Source: Octopus sinensis
Taxonomy: Eukaryota
Direction of reading: 5' to 3'
DNA length: 8,360 nucleotides
NCBI RefSeq assembly: GCF_006345805.1
Contig: NW_021828459.1
Location: forward strand, 1 to 8,360
In this document: positions 1 through 6,545 of the stretch, piece by piece
How positions within the stretch are numbered: position 1 is the stretch's first letter
Layout: each line of letters begins with the position of its first letter
Program-made: the position numbers and the translations under genes
The notes under the pieces: generated by a model
The model's database searches: none
Seen by the model: the letters and a program-made list of their open reading frames with translations, nothing else
What the model was told of the DNA's origin: nothing

Positions 1-323
1 AGGATCTTCTACTATAGCCTCGGGCCGACCAAAGTCTTGTGAGTGGATTTGGTAGACGGAAATTCAAAGAAGCTCGTCGTATATATGTATATGTATATGT
101 ATGTGTGTGTGTATGCTTGTCGCCCCCCTCCCCAACATCGCTTCACAACCGATGCTGGTGTGTTTACGTCCCTGTAACTTAGCGGTTCGGCAAAAAGACC
201 GATAGAATAAGTATTAGGCTTACAAAGAATAAGTCCTGAGGTCGATTTGCTCGACTACAGGCGGTACTCCAGCATGGCCAGTCAAATGACTGAAAGAAGT
301 AAAAGAGTAAAAGAGTAAAGAGT
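1..323 (+). mobile_element. SINE family A copy A1 (5' end cut by the window edge)
   Basis: Colinear with 7866-8181 (tcttctactatagcctcgggc...ggatttggtagacgga...gtcgtatatat...gtgtttacgtcc...gatagaataagtattag...ccagcatggc). Internal TA/TG microsatellite at 80-115; tandem tail aaaagagt/aaaagagt/aaagagt at 301-323. Confidence 0.85.
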
Positions 324-382
324 AGGCTCGCATTGGAGTTGATGTAATCAAGACTTTTTGCTCATAAAAAGGATTAGAAATT

Positions 383-578
383 GGCTACACATTTTGGTAC
401 GAGGCCAGAAAGTTCTGGAATGGGGGTAATTCGATTATATCGAGCACAGTGTTCAACTGATACTTGCTTTATCGACCTCGAAAGGATGAAAGGCAACTTT
501 GATTGAATTTGTACTGAGAATTTAAAGACGGACGAAATGCCGCTAAGCATTTTGCCCGGCGTGCTAATGATTCTGTCA
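383..578 (-). mobile_element. SINE family B copy B4 (diverged)
   Basis: Reverse complement reads tgacagaatcattagcacgccgggcaaaatgcttagcggcatttcgtccgtc...ttgcctttcatcctttcgaggtcgataaagcaagtatcagttgaacactg, which aligns to B1 (1479-1716) through the body but has a different tail. Confidence 0.8.
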
Positions 579-950
579 TATGCATTAAGCTCCTCTCATG
601 GCTAAGGAAGTTAATCATGTGATGGTGGTAACATTCTAGAAATCAAAATAAATGCAATATATATTCAGGTTCATCGCGTTCTGTTCAGTTTTCCATGAAT
701 GGATACTGAGAGCGTCAATTAACCGCTGCACAGCACCAATGCAGTAGCATATCTAGGCAACCAAAAATTAATTTAGAAACGTACTGGAGCATATGGATAT
801 TTTTTGTATTACATTAAATCAACTATGAGGTATGTTTTTAATGAAATGTTAGGATTACGTGAGGACAGTTTTTTTTTACAGATTAACGTAGCAAATAACA
901 ACAACTGTATTAAAGTCTTATGCTGTAATATAAAGGATAATTGAATTATG

Positions 951-1085
951 CATACATACATAGATATGCACAACACACGTATGCATGTATGTACATATGC
1001 ATATATATTAACAGGCAGTTACATACATATACATTCACACAAACACACATACACTCAGAGACACACACATACATACGTATATATG
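951..1085. repeat. Compound (CATA)/(CA)/(TA) microsatellite
   Basis: Visible directly: catacatacatag...cacacacatacatacgtatatatg. Confidence 0.85.
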
Positions 1086-1253
1086 TAAGCGAAAAAAAAG
1101 ATGCGTATATATACATCTAAGTATTAACGTAAAGATAAGTAGGTACTTAGAATGCATATGTAGGTGGTAACATGGATTCAGAAGTACATTAATATGTTGA
1201 TAGCAGCGAAGATAATCGGTAGAGAAGCGAGTTAGCTTCTTTCCGATGTAACT

Positions 1254-1299
1254 CACGTTCTGAGTTCAAACTCAGCATGACTCAAATTTTAAATTTCAT
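1254..1299 (+). mobile_element. Degenerate SINE family B fragment (B-box region)
   Basis: cacgttctgagttcaaactcagcatgactcaaattttaaatttcat vs B1/B2 tacgttctgagttcaaattccgccgaggttgactttgcctttcat. Confidence 0.5.
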
Positions 1300-1478
1300 G
1301 TCACCGGAATTGTTATAAAATAAAGGTTACTTTGGAAATGTGTTCGAAATTCTCGCAAATATTTTTCCATGTCTATTACACATAGAGAAAAATTCCCCCT
1401 GAAAACAAATATCTTTGTGCATTGCATAGTTGATAAATGATATGAATGCAGGAAGAAAATATTACGTGTAATATGCAA

Positions 1479-1730
1479 GGCGGCGAGCTGGCAGAAACGT
1501 TAGCACGCCGGGTGGAATGCTTAGCAGTATTTCGTCTGCCTTTACGTTCTGAGTTCAAATTCCGCCGAGTTCGACTTTGCCTTTTATCCTTTCGGGGTCG
1601 ATAAATTAAGTACCAGTTACGCACTGGAGTCGATGTAATCGACTTAATCTGTTAGTCTCTTCTTGTTTGTCCCCTCTGTGTTCAGCCCCTTGTGGGTAGT
1701 ACAGAAATAAGTATTTCGTCTGCCGTTATG
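1479..1730 (+). mobile_element. SINE family B copy B1 (tRNA-derived head, tail type 1, plus the start of a second internal unit)
   Basis: Head ggcggcgagctggcagaa has an A-box-like tggcagaaacg and a B-box-like gagttcaaattcc; ggcgg (1479-1483) can pair with ccgcc (1562-1566) like an acceptor stem. 1479-1716 is colinear without indels with 1805-2042 (about 24 mismatches in 238 bp by manual count, ~90%). Confidence 0.9.
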
Positions 1731-1795
1731 CGTGGCTTAGTAATAAGGATATTCGACACGCGATCGTAAGATCAGGAGTTCGGTTCCTAGTGGTG
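1730..1795 (+). mobile_element. tRNA-like SINE head fragment, family C (C1)
   Basis: A-box-like tggcttagtaa (1733-1743) and B-box-like agttcggttcc (1777-1787) at tRNA-like spacing. Shares tagt...taaggata with the head of the element at 7062-7230. No complete cloverleaf. Confidence 0.55.
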
Positions 1796-1804
1796 AGTTT
1801 AAAA

Positions 1805-2042
1805 GGCGGCGAGCTGGCAGAAACGTTAGCACGGCGGGCGAAATGCGTAGCCGTATTTCGTCTGACGTTACATTCTGAGTTCAAATTCCGCCGAGGTTGA
1901 CTTTGCCTTTCATCCTTTCGGGGTCGATAAATTAAGTACCAGTTACGCACTGGGGTCGATGGAATCGACTTCATCCGTTTGTCTGTCTTTGTTTGTCCTC
2001 TCTGTGTTTCGCCCCTTGTGGGTAGTAAAGAAATAGGTATTT
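1805..2042 (+). mobile_element. SINE family B copy B2 (tail type 1)
   Basis: ~90% identical to and colinear with B1. The flanks differ, which fits independent insertion. Confidence 0.9.
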
Positions 2043-2062
2043 TATTCATTGATTGATGAAAG

Positions 2063-2144
2063 TTGAACCAGAACGTAAAGAGATGGAAGAAATGATAGTA
2101 AATATATTCCCAACGTATTAACGATTCTACTGTCTCATCACCTT
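2063..2144 (-). mobile_element. SINE family B head fragment B10
   Basis: ttgaaccagaacgtaaag...gaaatg...taacgattctactgtctcatcacctt matches the reverse complement of the B head (ttgaactcagaacgtaa...gaaat...taacgtttctgccagctcgccgcctt). Confidence 0.65.
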
Positions 2145-2246
2145 GTATCTCTGCAGGTCTCTATGTATACAATTAAGTGATTTAGGTTAATACTAAACAT
2201 AGCTTGGATTTTCTTCTTTTTTTTTTTCAATATTGTATATGTATAA

Positions 2247-2457
2247 GGCAGCGCGCTAGCAGGAACGTTAACGCGCCGGGCGGAACGAAGGTATTTCGTC
2301 TGTCTTTACGTTCTGAGTTCAACTTTCGCCGAGGTCGACTTTGCCTTACATCCTATCGGGAATGATAAATTAAGTACCAGTTGCGTACCGGCGTTGATCA
2401 ATTCGACTGGCTCCCTCCCCCAAAATTTCGGGCCTTGTGCCTAGATTAGAAAAGATT
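2247..2457 (+). mobile_element. SINE family B copy B3 (tail type 2)
   Basis: ggcagcgcgctagcaggaacgttaacgcgccggg...gtatttcgtctgtctttacgttctgagttcaac...gataaattaagtaccagttg aligns to B1. After tcgact the tail is ggctccctcccccaaaatttcgggccttgtgcctagattagaaaag, unlike B1/B2. Confidence 0.85.
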
Positions 2458-2628
2458 AGCAAGAAGGCTTAGATTATCTCATCGACATTAGGGCGTACTT
2501 TACATACTTCGCTGGATCGAAAGACAGGATTACATTCAGCAGCACGGCAACACAGGGAACAAATGCCTGACATTTATTTTTACAACGGTCATACTAGTCT
2601 AGGTATTGCAGTCAGACCACGAAATAAT

Positions 2629-2820
2629 GGATTCATATCTTTGCAAAAAGCTAACCAGCTCAGAAGAAGGAGTATGTCGACTACGTTTACCCCAATCTGG
2701 TACTTATTTTGTTGACGCTGACAAGTTGAAAAGCAAGGTCAACGTCGACGGAATTTAAGCCCAGAACAAACAGACAAAGAAATGTCTGTAAGAAATAAGT
2801 GTTCTATCAGCTCACTTCCT
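2629..2820 (-). mobile_element. SINE family B copy B7 (diverged)
   Basis: Reverse complement: ggaagtgagctgatagaac...tttctttgtctgtttgttctgggcttaaattccgtcgacgttgaccttgcttttcaac...aaaataagtaccagattggggt...agtcgac, homologous to the B body. Confidence 0.7.
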
Positions 2821-2897
2821 TCTCAGACCTTGGAATAATAGTGACGGGAACATCGAGACAATGTAATATCTTTCAGAAGGTTATGTGTACCCACAGA

Positions 2898-2940
2898 TCT
2901 ATCTATCTATCAATCTCTCTCTCTCTCTCTTTTTTTCTTT
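2898..2940. repeat. (TCTA)/(TC)n microsatellite with T-run
   Basis: atctatctatctatcaatctctctctctctctctttttttcttt is visible directly. Confidence 0.85.
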
Positions 2941-3012
2941 AGGCTAGCGTCTATTCTGTCTGTTGCTGAACTGCTAAATTCAGAGAACCGAACATAAACA
3001 CATCGGTTGTCA
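2935..3012 (-). mobile_element. SINE family A internal fragment A5
   Basis: ttctttaggctag...tattctgtc...ttgctgaactgctaaatt...taaacacatcggttgt matches the reverse complement of A1 140-230 (ttctttgtaagcctaa...tattctatc...ttgccgaaccgctaagtt...taaacacaccagcatcggttgt). Confidence 0.6.
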
Positions 3013-3016
3013 TAGG

Positions 3017-3019
<3 letters not shown>

Positions 3020-3048
<29 letters not shown>

Positions 3049-3123
3049 TAATAATAATAATAATGATTTAATATTAATAATAATAATAATAATGATAATA
3101 ATAATAATAATAATATAATAAGA

Positions 3124-3179
<56 letters not shown>

Positions 3180-3203
3180 TAATAATATATAATAAAGATG
3201 ATG

Positions 3204-3271
<68 letters not shown>
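3020..3271. repeat. Long imperfect (TAA)n microsatellite, 5' flank of the LINE
   Basis: About 250 bp of aat/taa with occasional ta, tga and aga interruptions; its last ~60 bp run uninterrupted up to the LINE junction. Confidence 0.97.
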
Positions 3272-4412
3272 GGATGCTAAAGCTCGTGGAAAATCACGAG
3301 AGACGAAAGAAGCTTCATTCTATCATAAAGGAAAGCAAAAAATTTGCTATTGATCTCGTGCAGGATACCGAACTGAACAACCCGAGGGAAGTACGGCAAC
3401 TATTGTTGCAAAGAAGGTGAAAATAATGGCAACGAAAAAAGCGCACGAGCAATTGGCTGATAGGGGGGAGGAGGAGAAACCTCTGCACGGCAAATATGTG
3501 ACCCGCAGCAAACAAGCTGATGTTGACCAGAAGCAAACCCATCAGTGGCTACGGAGCTCAGGGCTAAAAGCAGAGAGCGAAGGTTTCATCCTGGCTGCTC
3601 AAGATCAAAGCCTATTAACCCGGAACTACCAGGCCAATGTGATGAAAAATGGAGCAGACCCAAAATGCCGATTCTGCAACGACATGATTGAAACAGTGGA
3701 CCACCTAATCTCTGGATGTAAAGTCTTAGCACCAGTGGAGTATAAATTAAGACATGACAGAGTTGGCCAATATCTCCACTGGCTAATAAGTCGGCATACA
3801 ATATCAAAACTGCCGACAAGTGGTATAATCACCACCCTGAGGCTGTAACTGAAGGAGAAAATGTAACCATTCTGTGGGACTTTCCAGAGTACATACAGAC
3901 CGAACCACCAAGGCCAATAAACCAGATATTGTTGTGAAAAACCAAAACAATAAAGTTTGCTTATTGATCGACATGATCATCCCCTGTGACCATAATATCT
4001 CAGCGAAAGAGTTTGACAAGCTCAGAAAATATAAAGACCTACTCATTGAAATTGAGAAAATATGGCATCTCAAGGCGGTTACAATACCAGTGATCGTAGG
4101 AGCACTAGGAATGATCAAGAAGGGAACCGAAAATTATATGAGAATGATCCCTGGCTTACCATCCCTGCAAGAAGTGCAAAAGATTGTCTTAACTGGTACA
4201 TCACACGTATTGAGAAGAGCATTGTCGATGTGAGAACTGTTGCTGCTCATGTAGTTTAATTTAACTTTAAAAAAAAACAAAAAAAAAACGAACGAACGAA
4301 CTATTGAGTTTGGTTTAATGGCCTACCAATGTATACTATGCGTTTCTTTGCCCTAGGAGACGGGAAGACACTCGGCAAGAAATGGAAGCAAATTTGAAAG
4401 AAGAAAAAAAAA

Positions 4413-4413
<1 letters not shown>
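3272..4413 (+). mobile_element. 5'-truncated non-LTR retrotransposon, R4/Dong clade (restriction-like endonuclease type)
   Basis: Contains the C-terminal ORF remnant described below, a ~180-nt 3' UTR ending in gaaagaagaaaaaaaaag, and (TAA)n on both sides. The RT domain is absent, as expected for 5' truncation during target-primed reverse transcription. Confidence 0.88.
3274..4233 (+). pseudogene. Frameshifted C-terminal part of an R4/Dong-like polyprotein: post-RT linker, CCHC zinc knuckle, PD-(D/E)xK endonuclease
   Basis: Reconstructed reading: MLKLVENHERRKKLHSIIKESKKFAIDLVQDTEL / EQPEGSTATIVAKKVKIM...KPLHGKY...WLRSSGLKAESEGFILAAQDQSLLTRNY...CRFCNDMIETVDHLISGC (C-X2-C-X8-H-X4-C, 3666-3719)...RHDRV...HW...RH / YNIKTADKWYNHHPEAVTEGENVTILWDFP / VHTDRTTKANKPD (PD at 3922-3927)...LID (D at 3970)...KLRKYKDL...IPVIVGALG...RRALSM*. 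Frame changes are near 3375, 3797 and 3887. Track ORFs 3417..3848 and 3874..4233 are pieces of this reading. Confidence 0.9.

Positions 4414-4470
<57 letters not shown>
4414..4470. repeat. Perfect (TAA)19, 3' tail or flank of the LINE
   Basis: 57 bp of uninterrupted taa starting immediately after the LINE's A-rich end. Confidence 0.97.
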
Positions 4471-4472
<2 letters not shown>

Positions 4473-4473
4473 T

Positions 4474-4617
4474 GGCAGCGATCTGCAAGAATTGTTAGCA
4501 CATGAGACATAACGTTTAGCGGCAAGACTAACTAATCTTTACATTCTGAGTTTAAAATCCACCGAGGTCAAATTTGCCTTTCATTCTTCCAGGGTCGGTG
4601 AAACAAAGTACCTGTCA
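4474..4617 (+). mobile_element. SINE family B copy B5 (old, 3' part lost)
   Basis: ggcagcgatctgcaagaattgttagcac...tttagcggc...tacattctgagtttaaaatccaccgaggtcaaatttgcctttcattcttccagggtcggtgaaacaaagtacc aligns to B1/B2. Confidence 0.8.
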
Positions 4618-4659
4618 ATTGCTTTACAGCTATCAAATTCCTTTTTCGTCAATCATGAC

Positions 4660-4772
4660 CATTACTCAGCTCATTGAGCGATTGATATCTACAACAGCCG
4701 GGGCGGGCCAATATGTTATGTATAAATTCGCTAGACAATAGTCGCAAGGAAATCAGTCGCATTTTTGTGTTC

Positions 4773-4812
<40 letters not shown>

Positions 4813-5087
4813 GTGTGTGTGTATGTGTGTGTGTGTATGTATGTTTGTGTATGTATATATACACATATATACATACATATGTATACGTGTTTGCGAACGT
4901 TTTTTGTGCTCTTTCGACTTTTCAAAAAGTGATGATGTGTTTACATTCCCGTAATTCTGCAATTCCGTTTAAGAAACTGAACGACTGTCAGAAAACACAA
5001 GTATTGCCGACGATTTGCTCAACTAACCACTTTGAGGTTGTGCTCCAGCAAGGCCGCATTCTTATATCTAAAATATCTAAAGCAGAG
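4660..5087 (+). mobile_element. SINE family A copy A4 (old) with expanded internal microsatellite (4774-4888)
   Basis: 5' part tctacaacagccggggcgggccaa...tagac aligns to A1 tctactatagcctcgggccgaccaa...tagac. 3' part gtgtttacattcccgtaatt...cgatttgctcaacta...gtgctccagcaaggccgc aligns to A1/A2. The microsatellite begins after tcg as in the other A copies. Confidence 0.7.
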
Positions 5088-5209
5088 TTGGCATTATTGA
5101 ATAACGCTCAAAGGAACCGTTAGTGATAATGATTTAGCCGTTTTAATCTCTGAGGGTCTTCGAGAAACGAGGACACAAACCTTCTTCTAAGACCAAACTA
5201 ATAAAAATA

Positions 5210-5447
5210 AGTGATATTTATCTATCTACACTCTAAAGTACATTTAGGAATATCACTTTAGTAATATAGCTTTTGTGATATCAATTTTGTAATATCGATG
5301 TCATTATTATACCAATTTCATAATGACATTGAGTCACGTTTGTAGTTGTGTTTAGTTATAACAAACCACACTCACAGTGATATTTAATGATATCAATTTA
5401 GCAATATCGATTTAATGATATCAGGCTACACTCGTAGGTATATTTAG
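5210..5447. repeat. Degenerate minisatellite of 14-bp units, consensus about t(g/a)atatc(a/g)atttag, with three 22-bp ctacactc-headed variants
   Basis: 14-bp units at 5248, 5262, 5276, 5290, 5307, 5388 and 5402; 22-bp units at 5226, 5366 and 5426. Confidence 0.7.
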
Positions 5448-5449
5448 CG

Positions 5450-5530
5450 ACACACACACACACACACACACACACACGCGCAGCATATACACACACATCT
5501 ATGCATGCGCATTCATATACAAACACATAT
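5450..5530. repeat. (CA)n microsatellite with degenerate CATA/CA extension
   Basis: Pure (CA)n at ~5450-5477, followed by catatacacacacatc...catatacaaacacatat. Confidence 0.9.
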
Positions 5531-6105
5531 AGTAATGTAATATCGAGCCAAACGCTAGGTATGAATTATTATTATATCAAAGAACACTCGCAAATACATT
5601 CAGTGTTAACGTTTTAAATTTATTGTATTAGTGATCGCAGTTTACTGAATTCAAACAACACACGCAACTATATATAGCTGTAGCAGACTAAAGTCTCAAT
5701 TATATGTAGACCTCTTCCAATTTAATCTTACCGAATTTTACACCCGGAAGTATATTTAAGAATATCTATTAAGTTTTCTTGATTTAATGAAGAGTCATCG
5801 AACCCATCCCCTGTTTCGTTTGATTAATTGCAAGGAATCAACAAATAATGTCCGTAGTTGAATTAAGAAATTAATTTTGGAGTACAAGCCCCTGCACTTA
5901 TAGTAAGGAGTAGCTATCAGTTTCTTTTGTATGAAGATCTTTTGTAGAATATACACTTGTAATCTAATATCTATTATTATACAAATGTGCAATTATATTT
6001 ATGTTTAAAATTAAGAAATTTCATCTGCAAACTGAAAATGCATTAGAACTTTTGATCAAAGACATTCTTAAAATGTTACTGCAACGCATTAAGAATTGTA
6101 TAATT

Positions 6106-6314
6106 GTTTTTAATTTAGGCGAAAATGCCAGCAATTTGCGGCGAAGGGTTCAAACTATACCACACCTCCCTGTACTTAACCGGTGTAACATTTTCTCGGC
6201 AACAGGAGGATTCCAAAGCAGGATTCATGACACAGAGATTTGAACAAAAAGAAGCGAGAAGAAATAGCGCAGGACATATGTTAGAACGCTTTAGTGATAC
6301 TATCAATTCGCAGC
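6106..6314 (-). mobile_element. SINE family B copy B8 (very diverged)
   Basis: ttttaatttaggcgaaaatgccagcaattt...aggattccaaagc...gagatttgaac...cgctttagtgatactatcaattcgcagc follows the order of the reverse-complemented B element (tail, body, B box, head) seen in B4 and B7. Confidence 0.5.
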
Positions 6315-6320
6315 GATTTT

Positions 6321-6398
6321 AATAGATAGATGATAGATAGATAGATAATATAGATAGATAGATAGATAGATTGATATATATAATATATATAGTATATT

Positions 6399-6434
<36 letters not shown>

Positions 6435-6506
6435 TATATAATAGATAGATAGATAGATAGATAGATAGATGTATATATATATATATATATATAATATAGA
6501 TAGATA

Positions 6507-6545
<39 letters not shown>

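Noticed and set aside
331-356. cattggagttgatgtaatcaagactt resembling the family B hairpin segment
   Set aside because: It is plausibly a tiny B remnant but is too short (26 bp) to call as a feature.
830-881. Intron-like 52-nt segment (ag|gtatgt ... ttttttttttacag|)
   Set aside because: Splice-like motifs are common in AT-rich DNA, and the flanking sequence has stops in the frames I tested with no recognisable peptide. RNA-seq junction reads would be needed to revive it.
624-1173. Exact 11-bp repeat ggtggtaacat at 624-634 and 1163-1173
   Set aside because: Several 11-mer repeats are expected by chance in a window this size, and the flanks do not align.
1527-1724. 14-bp direct repeat gtatttcgtctgcc as a target-site duplication
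   Set aside because: The first copy is internal to the SINE body in B1, B2 and B3, so it is element sequence and not target DNA.
1730-1795. Possible tRNA gene
   Set aside because: A and B boxes are present, but I could not build a full cloverleaf or proper acceptor stem, and it sits among SINEs. It is treated as a SINE head; tRNAscan-SE would settle this.
1035-2049. Minus-strand ORFs 1035..1256, 1296..1478, 1376..1624 and 1726..2049
   Set aside because: They run through microsatellites and antisense SINE B copies. The two similar peptides (RNWYLIYRPRKD...) simply reflect B1/B2 similarity, and no protein motif is recognisable.
4340-4413. Shared 3' tail between the R4/Dong LINE and the local SINEs
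   Set aside because: Only very short matches exist (e.g. cctag), so there is no basis to call this LINE their partner.
3315-4525. Antisense and alternative-frame ORFs over the LINE (3315..3542, 3586..3819, 3626..3835, 3804..4118, 4062..4259, 4301..4525)
   Set aside because: These are shadows of the retrotransposon ORF or translation of (TAA)n (poly-Ile); there is no independent evidence.
5226-5447. CRISPR-like repeat-spacer array
   Set aside because: The repeats are degenerate and irregularly spaced, the intervening DNA is made of related units, the context is eukaryotic, and there are no cas genes.
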